From NCBI RefSeq assembly GCF_963921235.1, contig NC_086109.1:8124001-8188000 (forward strand): 64,000 nt of DNA, in the 5' to 3' direction. Both the position numbers and the translations under genes were made by a program. Source of the stretch: Mobula hypostoma. Its lineage: Eukaryota. Below, one piece after another: positions 45,889 to 59,208 of the stretch. The notes beneath the pieces were generated by a model. That model worked only from the letters and a program-made list of their open reading frames with translations, did not search any database and had not been told where the DNA came from. Positions within the stretch are counted from its first letter, which is position 1. Each line of letters begins with the position of its first letter.

Positions 45889-48800
45889 CTGTACTGTGCT
45901 GTAATGTTCTATCTCTATATTTTGTATACTCAGAGACATAGAGGTGTACAGCACAGAAACAGACCCTTCGGTCCAATTCACCAATGCCAACCAAGCTAGT
46001 CCCCTTTGCCTGCATTTGGCCCTGAGCCTCTTCTATCAATGTAACCAACCAAATGGTAATTGTACCCACCTCTACCGCTTCCTCTGGCAGCTCGTTCCAT
46101 ATTTGCTCCCCCCTCTGATTCAGATTCAGGCTCAAATTCAGATTCATTTATTTAATCACGTGTACATCAAACCATACAGTGAGCTGCATCATTTGTGGTA
46201 ACAACCAACATACCAAAGTGTGTGCCGGGAGCAGCCGGCAAATGTCGCCACACATTCTGGCACCAGCATCGCTTGCCCATAATGCCGGGCAGAGCAACAG
46301 CAGCAAATCCCTTCCCCACCCACCCACCCACCCACCCACACGTACACAGACAGTCCTCTAAGCCCAGGAGGGACCATCTCCAGGCCTCCACAGAACTAGA
46401 ATAACAACCAGACATTCCCAACCCAAAGGTTGATCCAGCAAGATGATCCTAACTTCTACATAGATTTACTTGCGTGTATTTGCTGAGATTTGGGGCTTTT
46501 CCTCATAAAGGGCAATGCTAACTGCTGTCCTAAACTTAATTTTCACCGTATACCATTCAGAATTAAAGTTCAAAGTATATTTATTATCAAAGCGCGTACA
46601 GCATGCGTCACCAAACAGTACCATAAGATTCATTGTCTTGCGGACATGCACAATAAATGCAGGAACTATAATAGAATCAATGAAAAGCTGCACCCAATAG
46701 CGTGGACAAACACCCCGTGTGTAAAAGACAGCAATCTCTGCAAAGACAAAAGAGAAATGGAAGAAAGTAATCATGATAAACCAATAAACAATAAATACCA
46801 AGAACATGAGGCGAAGAATCCTTGAAAGTGAGCCTATAGGTTGTGGGAACCGTTCAGTGAAGTTATCCCACTGGTTCAAGAGGATATTTAACTGTTCCTG
46901 AACCTGATGTTGTGACTGCTGAGGCTCCTATACCTCGTTCCTGAGGGCAGCAGCAAGAGGAGAGCATGGCCTGGACGGTGGGTGGCCTTGATGATGGGTG
47001 CTGCTTTGCTGCAACAGTGTTTCACGTAGATGTGTTCAATAGTGCAGAGGACTTTACCTGTGATGGAGGTCCTTGACCATGGATGCTGCTTTCCTGTGAC
47101 AGCGCTCCGTATAGATATGCTCAATGGTGGGGAGGGCTCTATCTGTGATGGACTGGGCTGTATCCACTGCAGTTTGGGCTTCATGAGTTGTGATGAAGAT
47201 CTTGGCCCAAAACGCTGACTCCTTATTCCGTTCCGTGGCTGCTACCTGACCTGATTTCCTCCAGCATTTTGTGTGTGTGTTACTCTGGATTCCCAGCATG
47301 TGCGGAATCACTTGTGTTTATGATTAAGCTTCATACAGCACAAAACATCTTGATGTTGGTTCTGATTGGATAGTCCTATCTGCCGGTGTACTGGCTTGAG
47401 TGGCAAGGAGGCACAGGTTCAGCTGACCTCTTGTGACTAACACTCATGGATTATTTATCGAAACATACAGTGAAATGCATCATGGGCATTAACAACTAAC
47501 ACACCCAGGGATGTCCTGGAGGCATTCTGCAAGTGCCACTGTGCATTCCAGCGCCAACACAGTTTGCCCACTATGTCGGCAGCTGGATTCTGAAGCTGAG
47601 CGTACAGATTTTCCACTGAGGGTGGGTGGGACTACAACTGGAGGTCATGCATGGGCTAAGGGTGAAAGGTGAAACATTTATGGGGAACATGAGGGGAAAT
47701 CTTTTCACTCAGAGGGTGAAACAGTGGAACGAGCTGCCAGCGTAAGTGGTGCATGCGAGCTCGATTTTAGCGTTTAAAAGAAGTTTGCATAGGTACATGG
47801 ATGGTAGATGCAGGTCAATGGGAGTAGGCAGTTTAATTGATCTGGCATGGAGTAGATGGGCCGAAGGGCCTGTTTCTGCACTGTACTTTTCTATGACTCA
47901 ATGTCTCTGTTAGCTGGAATACAAAGACCAGCCAGGAATCTCCTCTCCTCTCTGTACACTGCCCTCCTCTGCAGTGAAACTCTGTGTAGTGTTTCCCTGG
48001 GTGTAATATTTGGTTGGCCATTTCTGGCCAGCATCTATATTGACCTCTGATGGATATTTTCGTGGGAGGTTGGGAGGGAATAGCAAAGCACTGCACGGAT
48101 TGCTGCGCAGTGCATGCTGTGACCTGAGAGTTAAGCTTTTAAGATGATTTTCTGAGCTTGACTGGGTTTTTAATCTCAATAATTGATTGAAATCATCAGG
48201 TTAAACTGCCTGTTTTGGGCCAGGCTTTAACGGGACCTATTGTAATGTGGCAGTTTATAGAATTGCAGTTTGCATTTTCTGTGGAAGCTCCGAGATTAGT
48301 TTTATTTGTCTCATACACATCAAAACTTACAGTGAAACGCTTCTGGTAATAGCATAGCATGGCGACAACCTAACCTGTACCTCTTTGGACTGTGGGGGCA
48401 AAGCAGAGCACCCGGAGGAAACTCACGCGGTCACGGGGAGAACGTACAAACTCCTTACAGAGAGCGGTGGGAATTGAACCCTGATCACTGGCGGTACAAG
48501 GCGCTATGCTAACCGCCATGCCACCGTGCCTGCTACTGCGTATCCGGTATGCTCTCATCGAATAAAATATTATTCTTGTCTTCCTTTTTTTAATTCCCCT
48601 CCTGATGGATTGCAATTATCACCACATCTATGATTGTTCAATCGTCTAATTCAAAAGCTGCGACCCCATTTTTGTATTGTCTAGACAGAGTAATGAGCTG
48701 GGACGTGATGCCTCAGCTGTACAAGACTACGGTGAGACCGCGTTGTGTACAGTTTTGGTCATCCTCTTACAGGAGAGACATTAAACTGGAAAGAATGCAG

Positions 48801-48912
48801 AGAAGATTTCAGGATGCTGCCAGGAGTCAAGGACCTGGGTGACTGGCAGAGGTCAGCCAGGCTAGGTTACTATTCCTTCATGTGTAGGAGACCGAGGGCT
48901 TTCCATGTAGAA

Positions 48913-48992
48913 CAGGGGTTCCCAACCTTTTTTATGCCACGGACCAATACCATTAAGCAAGGGGTCCTTGGACCCCACGTTGGGAGCCCCTG
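48913..48992. mobile_element. hAT MITE, same family as 21091
   Basis: TIRs caggggttcccaac / gttgggagcccctg; degenerate TSD atgtagaa / atatggag. Confidence 0.8.
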
Positions 48993-49084
48993 ATATGGAG
49001 ATTTGATTGGTAGTCATATACTCTCTCGAGCCTATATTGCCTTCAAATTAAGTCGTGACTATTTCTACGGACCACTAAGATTTG

Positions 49085-49362
49085 TTTATTTTTTTGAGCT
49101 ACAGGGCTTCTGGTCCCTTAAGCTGCACTGCCCAGCAACCCCCGATTTTAACCCTAGCCTCATCGCGGGAGAATCTACAACGAGCAATTAACCTACCCAC
49201 CGCTACGCCTTTGGACTGTGGGAGGAGAGCGCAGCGCCCGGAGGAAACCCACGCGGTCACGGGGAGAACATACAAACTCCTCCCAGACAGCGGCGGGAAT
49301 TGAACCCGGGCCGCTGGTACCATAAAGCCTCTCGCTGTAACCATTACGCCACCGTGCGGCCC
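49085..49362 (-). mobile_element. V-SINE (HE1-like)
   Basis: Reverse V-domain ttggactgtgggagg...cccggaggaaacccacgcggtcacggggagaac and B box gggttcaattccc on the minus strand. Confidence 0.8.
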
Positions 49363-50616
49363 CAAGCCGTGGTATTGCCTGTGTTCATTGTTCCCTTTGT
49401 AGGGTAAGCTAGGGAAATAGTCAGAAGCTTGTTAACCCAGTCTGCTGATGGTAGCAGCAGGAAGAGAAGATGGTAGGGGTCCTTGATGATGGATGCTGCT
49501 TTCTTCTGACAACGCTCCATGTAAATGTACTCAATCATGGGAGGGCTCTATCTGTGATGGACTGGGCTTTATCTGTCACTTTCTTTTCTTGGGCATGGGT
49601 ATTTCTGGCCTGACTAGTGATGCCCACATCACAGATAATGAGTAAGACTCACCAGAAACGATCAGACTCTGGGGTGTGTGGGGAAAATCTAGCTAGCAAA
49701 ATGGAAATACACTTGTGCTAATGGTTCCTGTGGTAATTGATTCTGCTAATTAAAGGCATTTGTGCTATTGGGTTGCACAGTGGCTGCCAGTTAGTATTCT
49801 GCACTGTGCAGCTGTTAGATCTGGTCTTGCGAGGCATATTGAATTGCAAAGCATACTGTCTTCCTGTAACACGTTTAGCCATATGTATTCCAGGCAGACA
49901 TGTTGACTACCAGCAATGTAAGACACGCTGTTGGTAACATTACACCGAAATTAAAGTGGTACCCGTCTGTGTACACGGTACACACTCACTGCGCCTGGCC
50001 ACAGACCAGAACGCGTGTGTAGGCTGGAGCTGAAGGTGTTGGAGAAGATGTGGTATCTGTCCGCACGGGCAATACTGAAAACTTCGTCACAAGTCAAAGT
50101 AAGCAGCATCCATCACCAAGAGCCCCCACCCTATCTTCCAGGGTATGCTTTCTTCAAGATTCAGTATAGTTTATTGTCATCCTTCAGTAAAAGAGAAGGA
50201 AGTGATTGTTGCTCTGAATCTGATGCAGCATAAAAAAACACAATAAGCATAAAAAGTTCAATAAAAAACACAAATATAAATATAAGGGCCATTCCATAAA
50301 ACATAATGTAGAAGAACCTGTTGCATACATAGAATTCTTGCTACCACCATTGGACAGGAGGTACAGGAGCCTTAGGTCCCACACCACCAGGTTCAGGATC
50401 AGTTATTACCCTACAACCATCAGGCTCCTGAACCAGACTGGACAACTTCACTCACCTCAACTCTGAACTGATTTCACAACCTGCAGATTCACTTTCGAAG
50501 ACTCTAAACTCGGGTTCTCAGTATTATTTATTTACTTTTTAATAATATGCACGATTTGTCTTCTTTCACACATTGGGTTGTTTGTCAGTCTTTGTTATTT
50601 ATAGTTTTTTTTCTCT

Positions 50617-51565
50617 GCAACTTCCGCCATCTTCAACGGGATCTTTACTTCCTCCCCACTTTACACTTTCTGCAGGGATCGCTCCCTCTGTGATTCCCTT
50701 GTCTATTCGTCCCTCCTGGCACTTATCCCTGCAAGTGGAAGAGGTGCTACACCTGCCCATTCACTTCCTCCCTCACCTCCATTCTGGGCCCCAAGCAGTC
50801 CTTCCAGGTGAGGCAACACCCTACCTGCAAATCTCTTGGAGTTGTCTACTATATCTGGTGCTCCCAACGTGACCTCCTGTCCATTGGTGAGACCCGATGT
50901 AGATTGGGGAACTCCTTGTCGAGCACTTTCGCTCCATCTGCAGAAAGTAGGACTTCCTGGTGGCCACCCGTTTTAATTCCAATCCCCATTCCCATTCTAA
51001 CATGTTAGTCCATGGCCTCCTATACTGCCACTCTCAGGTTGGAGGAGCAACACCTCATATTCAGTCTGAGTAGCCTCCAACCTGATGGCATGAACATTGA
51101 TTTCTCCAACTTCTGGTAATTTTTCCCTCTTCGCTTCCTTCTTCAATTCCCTAATCTGCCCCCCCCCTTACACTTTCTCTTCTCCTCACCTGCCTATCAC
51201 CTCCCCCCCCCCCCGGTGCCCCTCTCCTCCCCTTTCTCCCAGGGTCCACTCTTCTTTCCTATCTGTTTTCTTCTTCTCCAGCTCTTTACCTTTTCAACCT
51301 ATAATCTCCCAGCTTTTTATTTCATCCTCCCCTCCCCCCACCATCCACCTTGTCTTCATGTATCACCAGCCGGCTCATACCCCTTCCTCCCCCCACCCCC
51401 TTCTGCCCCCTTCCTTTTCAGTTCTGACGGGTCTCGGCACGAAATGTCAACTGTTTATTCCCCCCCTCCCCCCCCCATAGATGCTGCCTGACCTGCTGAG
51501 TTCCTCCAGCATTTCGTGTTTGTTGCTCTGGATTTCCAGCATCTGTAGAACCTCTTGTGTTTACA
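50617..51565 (+). mobile_element. Penelope-like element 3' half (GIY-YIG endonuclease pseudogene plus pLTR)
   Basis: Decayed C..C.TCP and GVVYYIWCSQRDLLSIGETRCRLG (GIY-YIG motif), then RLEEQHLIFSLSSLQPDGMNIDFSNF*. A degenerate hammerhead ttCTGACG-ggtctcggcac-GAAA lies near 51424. Confidence 0.88.
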
Positions 51566-52033
51566 ATATTCCAAGTGCTACCTCACCAGTGTCCTGTACA
51601 ATGTCTGAAATCATCAGTTCATTACCCTTGGCTCTGAGCTTTTATTGATAAAATGAAATAGTACACACATCCACCGCTATTTTAAATACCATTATTAAAG
51701 ACTTAAAGAGTGGGTTGTAAAAGGTGAATAGTGTCCTTTGGGTTAAGATTTCTCCTTGCCAATTGACACAAAGCAAACCAGTCAAATTATTGGCATCCAG
51801 TCTGCAAACTGTTTGCTATACTGAATTATTTGAGTAATTAATCAGAACTTTGATTTTTAAATCGGAGATGTGCAAATCTGGTTTGGAGTTAGGCAAATTG
51901 AGGTTTGATCTGGAGTATGTCTACGTCAGCAACATAAAGTGGAACCTTAAACCAGGGCTTCCGTCATAAACTCCATTAAGTGGTGCAACTGGTATGGAGT
52001 TATGCACAGGTTGGGAAGAACTTCTGTTCATTT

Positions 52034-52106
52034 CAGGGGTTCCCAACCTGGGCTCCACATACCCTTTGGTTAATGATAGGGTCTGAGGCATAAAAATTCA
52101 CCCTTG
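52034..52106. mobile_element. hAT MITE, degraded
   Basis: Left TIR caggggttcccaacc; flanks gttcattt / gtttatct. Confidence 0.6.
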
Positions 52107-53119
52107 GTTTATCTAGTCCTGAATGTTTCATCAATAGCCTGCTAATTTAGAGAGGGTAGGGTTAGCCCAATGGATTAAGTTGGGATGGTTGGTGTTGCTG
52201 TGCCAACAACAGATTTTTATATTGTAGCACTGCATTGATAGGCTGCAAAGTAAATACTGAGTTTGCAATAGGGAGGGAGTTATTGCTTCAGTATATTTTT
52301 ACACATTTGTGTCTGTCAGTCTTTATTTATGTATAGTTTTTCATAAATTCTATATCTTTATTTTCCTGTGAAAGCCTGTAAGAAGATGAATCTCAAGGTA
52401 GTATATGGTGACATTTACAAACTTGATAATAAATTGACTTTGACAGTATCAACAAAGATCAAGATTTGAATAAAGGGGAGAAATCGAAAATGATGAATTG
52501 AAATACCGACTATTCAACTAAAGTTTTATAATTCAGATAATCTTAATCATCCCATCATTGAAATGAGTATAGGAGTTGAACAGGTTCAGGAACAATTACT
52601 ACCTCTCAACCATCAGTCTTTGAACCAAAGGGGATAACTTCACTCAGCTTTACTTGCCCCATCATTGAAATGTTCCCACAACCAATGAACTGACCTTCAA
52701 GGACTCTTCACCTCATGTTCTTCTTATTTATTACTTATTGCTTATTTATGTATTATTATTTCCTCCTTTTAGTATTTGCACAATTTGTTGTCTTTTGTAC
52801 ACTGGTTGAATGCCCAAGTTAGTGCGGACTTTCATTGATTCTATTATGGATTTATTAACTCTGCCCACAAGAAAATGAATCTCAAGGTTGGATATGGGGC
52901 ATACATGTACTTTGATAATAAATTCTGCAAATAAGACCTTAAGAAATAGGATCAGAATTAGGCCATTTGGCCCATTGAGTCTGCTGTACTATTTCATCAT
53001 GGCTGATCCACTTACCCTCTCAGCCCCAATCTCCAGCCTTCTCCCCATATCCCTTTCATGCCCTGACCAATCAAGAATCTATCAACCTCTGCCCTAAATA
53101 TACATAAAGTCTTGGCCTC

Positions 53120-55150
53120 CAGTCTTCTGGAACCATTCCAGAGTCTGGTGATTTTTGAAAGGTCATTACTAACGCCTCCATTATCTCTTCAGCCACCCGT
53201 TTCAGAATTCCGGGGTGTACACCATCTAGTCCAGGTGACTTATCTACCTTCAGACCTTTCAGTGTCCCAAGAACCTTCTCTCTAGTTGTGGTAACTTAAC
53301 GCACTTCATGCTCTGACACCTGGAACTTCCACCATACTGCTAGTGTCTTCCACAGTGAAGACTGATTCAAAATATTTATTCAGTTCATCCACCATTTCAT
53401 TGTCCCCCAGTACTATCTCTCCAGCATCCTTTTCCAGAGGTCTGATATCCACTCTTGCTTCTCTTTCACACCATATGTATCTGAAGAAATTTTTACTTAA
53501 TTAGTATTATAGACTAGCTTACTTTTGTATTTCATCTTTACCTTAATGACTTTTTTAGTTGCCTTCTGTTGGTTTTTAAAAGCTTCTCAATTGTCATAAC
53601 TTCCTAATAATTTTTGCTCTATTATATTCTCTTTCTTTAGCTTTTATGTTGGCTTTGACTTCTCTTGTTAGCCATGGTTCTGTCATCTTTCCTTTAGAAT
53701 ACTTCTTCCTTTGTGGAACGTATATATCCTGTGCCTTCTGAATTGCTTTCAGAAATTCCAGCCATTGCTGCTTTCCTGTCATCCCTGCAAGTGTTCTTTT
53801 CCAATCATTTCTGGCCAACTCCTCCCTCGTGGCTCTGTAATTCCCTTTACTCCACTGTAGTACTGATACATCTGACTTTAGCTTCTCCTTCTCAAATTTT
53901 AGGGTGAATCTGATCATATTATGATCACTTGCCCCTAAGGGTTCTTTTACCTTAAGGTCTCTAATCAATTCCGGTTCATTACACAACACCCAATCCAGAA
54001 TTGCTGATCCACAAACAATAGCAAATTCCGTACTACTGATCTAAGGCAAACAAGACACATCTCGATCAAGACACAGGGTTGGATGAGGTCAGCAGGTCAG
54101 GCAGCATCTATAGAGAGGAATTAATGGTCAATGTTTCAGGCCAAGGCCCTTCATCAGAATCAGCACTATTATCCACCTTTCCTACAATACTCCTTGAATT
54201 TAAATATAGGCAACTCAGGACACTAGTTGCACCATGATCAACTTTTTGATTCCTGTCTTTGTCTGAAGTCTTACCAACATCTGCCTTCACAACCTCTCCA
54301 CTAACTGTTCTGGTACTCTGGTTCCCATCCCCCTGCAGCTCTAGTTTAAACCCCATCATGCAGCATTAACAATCAGTCCTGCTAGGATATTAGTCCTCCT
54401 CCAGTTCGGGTGCAAACTGTCCCTTCTTCCTTGGAAAAGAGCCCAATAATCCAAAAATCTTATGCCCTCCCTACTACACCAACTCCTTAGCCATGTATTA
54501 ACCTGTGTGATCATCCTAGTTCTGGTCTCAGTAGCACATGACATGGATAGCAATCCTGAGATCACAGCCCTGGAGATCCTGGCCTTTAACTTATTACCTA
54601 ACTCCCTAAACTCCCTATGCAGAGCCTCATCACTCGTCCGGCCCATGTCATTGGTACCTACATGGTTCATGACTTCTGGCTGTTCACTCTCCCACTTAAG
54701 AATGCTGAGGACTCGATCCAAGATATCCCAGACCCTGGCACCCGGGAGGCAACATACCATCCAGGAATTTTGTTCTCGCCCACATACCTGTCTGTTCCCA
54801 TAACTAACGAATCCCCTATGACTCAACCACTGTGACTTTCCTCTGTTAGGTCATACCCCTGACAGTATCCAAAGTGATAAACCTATTGTTGAGGGGATGG
54901 TACAGCAGTTTTCTGCACTGGTTCCTTAACCCCTTTCCCCTTCCTGACTGTTACCAAGTTTCCTGTGTCCTGCACCTTGGGTGTAACTACCTCTCTATAT
55001 CTCCCACCTATCACCCCCTCAGCCTCCCGAAAAACCCAGAGTTCATCCATTTCCACCACCAACTCCTTAACACAGTTTGTTAGAAGCTGCAACTGGATGC
55101 GCTTATCGCAGTTATAGTTGTCTGGGACCCTGCCTTTCCTCATCTCGCAA
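53120..55150 (-). mobile_element. CR1 LINE fragment with ORF1 (SGNH esterase) and part of ORF2, deleted and interrupted
   Basis: Minus ORFs MVCCLPGARV...HVGTNDMG...ISGLL...LHPN (esterase), CLYLNSRSIVGK (APE start) and EPLGASDHNMI. A Penelope pLTR lies at about 54060-54160. Confidence 0.88.
54125..54160 (-). ncRNA. Hammerhead-like motif in a Penelope pLTR, core intact, stems partly decayed
   Basis: The minus strand reads att-CTGATGA-A-GGGCCTTGGCCT-GAAA-CATT-GACC. Confidence 0.5.
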
Positions 55151-56444
55151 AGACCCACACAACCTCAGTAGAAAAGCCTGCTCGTACTTACCCAATCTAT
55201 ACCCCTCATAATTTTGTACCTCTATCAAATCTCAGATTTTGCTGTCATCGGGAGGCATCCATTCTGTTGCGCTGAGCAGCTGTGTACTTCAGAAGTTCAG
55301 ATTCATTACTCTTAGGATTGGGCTCAAAATGAAAGCAGAGCGTTGCACGGCTCCTGTAGATGGAGAGCTCGTTAACGCTTGGGGAGAGAGATCATTCATC
55401 AAAGCCACTGGAGATAAAGTAGGTTTTAAGATGCGGAATAAAAGAGAGGGAAGCATTGATTCACCAACCTCTTCTGTCTGAGTAATTATTCTGTATTTAC
55501 TCTTGCATTACCTTCAGACTACCACCTTCTGTTATTTTCTATGACTACCACCTTTTTAAATGTTTTTAAAATTTTAGAGATACAACGCAGAACAGGCCCT
55601 TCTGGCTCAACAAACCACACCGCCCAGCAACCCATCCATTTCAAACTAGCCTAATCAAATTCCAAAGTACGTATATAGTATGTCACCATATTCAACCCCG
55701 AGATTCATGTTCTTGTGGACACGCTGTGCGAATCGAGAATAGGAACTAAAACAGGATCAATGAAGATCAACCAAAGTGCAGAAGACAACATACTATGCAA
55801 ATGAAAATGTAAATAAATAACATGAGAACATGAAATGAAGAGTCCCTGAAAGTGAGTCCGTTGGTTGTGGCAACATTTCAAAGATGGGACAAGTGAAGTT
55901 GCGTGTAGTTAACGTCTTTTGTTCACTGATCATGAAGCTGATGGTGCGAGTCCTGAGGCCTTTGTACCTTCTACTTGACGGCAGCAGTGAGAAGAGAGCA
56001 TGGCCTGGGTGGTGGGGATCTCTGATGATGGATGATGCTTCACAGGGTGATTTACAATGACCAATTAACCTACTAACTGGAACATCTTTGGAATGTGGGA
56101 GCAAGTTGGAGCATCCGGAGGAAACCTGCACAGTTCACGGGGAGAATGTAGAAATTCTTTACAGATGGTGGCGGGAATGGAACTCCAATCTCCGGAATGT
56201 CCCCAAGCTGCAATAGTGTTGCGCTAACCGTTACGCTACCATGACACATCCGTTATCTTCTATTACGTCACCTGCTCTTTATTTTCTACTACTAGCTCCT
56301 TCTTATCTTTTGCTGTACAATCTCATCTGCCTTTCACAGTGTTGAGATCTTTGTCTGTATTCCTCACCTTTCTCATTCTCAAATCCTTGCACCTCTACCT
56401 TTCCAGAGTTTTGGTGAAAAGTCATTGACCTGAAACTTTCACAT

Positions 56445-56495
56445 TCTCACTCACTCACACTCTATCTCACTCTTGCTCACACACATGTGCTCGCG

Positions 56496-56535
<40 letters not shown>

Positions 56536-57035
56536 CTCTGTCTCTCTCTCCCTCTCCTTCCCCTCTCCCTCGCTCCCTCTGTGTGTGTGTCTCTCTCTCT
56601 CTCGTTCTCTCCCTCTCCTTCTCTCAGTCTCTGTTGTCTCTCCCTCTCTGTTGTCTCTCCTTCTTCCTCCCTCTCCTCCTCCTTCTTCCCTCCCTCTCTC
56701 CCTCCCCCCCTCCCTCCTCTCCCCTCTCCCTCCTCTCCCCTCTTCCCCCCTCCCCTCTCCCCCCTCTCCCCTCCCCCTCCCCTGCCCTTCTTCCCTCCCC
56801 TCCCCCTCTCCCCCTCTCCCCCTCCCCCCTCCCCCTTCCTCTCCCCTCCCCTTCCTCCCTCCCTCTCCCCTCTTCCTCCCTCCCTCTCCCCTCTTCCTCC
56901 CTCCCTCTCCCCTCTTCCTCTCCCCAATCCCCCTCCCCCCTCCCCTTCCTCCCTCCCTCTCCCCCACCATCCCCCTCCCTCTGCCCCCCTCTCTCCCTGT
57001 CCCTCCCTCTCTCTTTCTCTTTATCTTTCTCCCTC
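56445..57035. repeat. About 590-bp CT-rich polypyrimidine low-complexity tract
   Basis: (CT)n and C/T-only runs, including a repeated ccctcttcctccctccctctc unit. Confidence 0.95.
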
Positions 57036-57564
57036 AGACGCTGCCTGACCTACTGAGAATTTTGAGCATCTGCAGTGTTTTGCATTTTGAGTCTTGCCCG
57101 TGTGCCTTTGGGCTCTCTCAGCTGAATGGAGCATTCCAGTTAAAGAGCAGATGAATGTTCAATTACCGTAAGAATGTGGGCATCGGCTGCATTAAATGAA
57201 TGTGCATTATGCCCTGAAAGCCACTTTATTTTATGGCCATCCATGGATATCATTTTAGTTTATTGACTGTTAATCATTTTTGAAATGCCTGCTATAATGT
57301 GGAATAGACATATTGGATGAAGTAATTGCAAACAGTGTGCTTTTTACACCATTTCAAGCACGTAAAATATGCATTATTTGCTTTCCTTGCAATTGAACTG
57401 CCTCGCAGAGTAACTGCGTGTATACTCCACACTAATTAGGAGGTGGAACTCCTATAATGCATTACTGATCTGTACTTGAGCTGAGAGCTTCAGTCCAATT
57501 TGTTGTAGGTGACCCAACAGTAATCTCAGTCCAACATCGAACTGTAATATCGAGGGCAAGACAG

Positions 57565-57666
57565 AGCAACACGCACAAAATGCTGGAGGAACTCAGCAGG
57601 TCAGGTAGCATCTGTGGAAGTCAGTAAACAGTTGATGTTTCAGGCCGAGACCTTTCCTCAGGGCTG
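57565..57666 (-). mobile_element. Penelope pseudo-LTR with intact hammerhead core
   Basis: The minus strand reads cagcc-CTGAGGA-A-AGGTCTCGGCCT-GAAA-CATC-aactg, then the pLTR consensus. Confidence 0.75.
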
Positions 57667-57753
57667 CTGTCTGTTACTGAGTCTGGAGGGATTCAGTTAT
57701 CAGGAGAGACTGGACTGGCTGGGATACTTCTTACCTGCAATGTAGGAGACTAA

Positions 57754-58160
57754 AGGCTGATTTATACTTGTGCGTCAAATGTACACCATAGGTATCGCGC
57801 ACCTCCCCAAAAATGTAACTCACGCATCGCGGCGACGCAGACCGCAACAACTGTGATTGGTCCGCTTGGTAGCATCGCATTTCCTCCTATGCATTTCCGG
57901 TTGCTATTCTCCGCCATGTCTGTACACTGATGCAAAATAAATGGTTGGAGACGATGAACCAAATCGTCAAATCTACCTGCCGACATCTGAAAATATTTGA
58001 AATGCATTTCCTCGTCCATGTCTCTCACGAAGAAACTCAACACAGTGGCATAGAAACCCCACCGCCAACTAGCGTTTTGGCGGTGAATTGCAGAGCGACG
58101 CAGACACAACTACGCATGCTCGCTACAGCGTAGCCCGTACGCGCAAGTATAAATCAACCT
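57754..58160 (-). mobile_element. PIF/Harbinger non-autonomous DNA transposon
   Basis: TAA TSD at 57751-53 and 58161-63; TIRs aggctgatttatacttgtgcgt / acgcgcaagtataaatcaacct. The minus-strand remnant [30 protein letters not shown] resembles a Harbinger transposase N-terminus. Confidence 0.85.
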
Positions 58161-58239
58161 TAAGGAGTGACCTGATAGCCACATAAAAGGATGAGGGATA
58201 TAGACAGGATGAATGATCACAATCTTTCTCCCAGAGTTT

Positions 58240-58858
58240 GTTATGTGCCATGTCGTATGATGTGGGAGATCATGGTCTTTCCACGTTCCTGGCAGAAGTG
58301 GTTTGCCAGTGCCTGTTTCGGGGCTGTGTCTTTACAAGATGGGTGACGCCTGACCATTATTTATTTATTTATTGAGATACGGTGCCGCATTGGCCCCTCC
58401 AGCCCTTCAAGCCGCCCCACCCAACACCCCCCCCCCCGATTTAATCCTACCCTAATCACAGGACAATTTACAGTGACCAGTTAAGCATCCAACTGGAGTA
58501 CCTTTAGACTGTGGGAGGAAATGGAGCACCGAAACCCACGCGGTGACGGGGAGAACATACAAACTCCTTACAGGCAGCGGCGGGAATTGAACCCGGGTCG
58601 CCTGTACTGTAAAGCGCTGTGCTCACCACTACGCCAGCGTGCTGCCCTTAACAGTCTTCAGAGATCGTCTGCCTGGCGTCATTGGTGGCATAACCAGCTA
58701 CTCATACAACCATCCACCACCTGCTCCCATGGCTCATGTGATCCTGATCGGGGGGCTAAGCAGGTGCTGCACCTTGCCCAAGGGTGGCCTGCAGGCTGGC
58801 AGAGGGTAGGAGCACCTGACACCTCCTTTGGTAGAGACGTATCTCCACCCCACCACCC
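58240..58858 (-). mobile_element. RTE-related short retroposon interrupted by a V-SINE (about 58357-58645)
   Basis: The minus-strand 3' part tggcaaaccacttctgccaggaa...gaccatg...cgacatggcacataac resembles RTE/BovB-type tails. The nested element has a clear V-domain. Confidence 0.5.
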
Positions 58859-59208
58859 GAGTAGGGGAGTCTAAAACCAAAGAACAGAGGTTTAAAGTGA
58901 GAAAGGAAAGACTTAAATGGGACCTGGGGGGCAACATTTTCAACGCAGAAGGTTGTGGGCATGTGGATAAGATCATCTGAGGAAGCAGTTGAGGCAGGAA
59001 CAGCTACAACGTTTTGAGACCCAGGTGTACGATTGAGTGAACACACACGGTCTTTTTCCAAGGGAAGGAGAAATAAAAACTAGAGGGCATAGGTTTAAGG
59101 TGAGAGCATTTAAAATGACTTAGGGACAGCCTCTTCAGACGGAGAGTGGTGGGCATATGGAGTGAAGTGTCAAGCAATGGTTGAGGGAGGTACAGTTTAA
59201 AAGACGTT

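Noticed and set aside
56451..57154. Gly/Glu/Arg-rich and Pro/Ser/Leu-rich ORFs
   Set aside because: They are artefacts of the low-complexity CT tract.
58700..58858. Possible HDV-like ribozyme at the 5' end of the RTE-related retroposon
   Set aside because: I could not build the nested double-pseudoknot pairing by eye; a descriptor-based search is needed.
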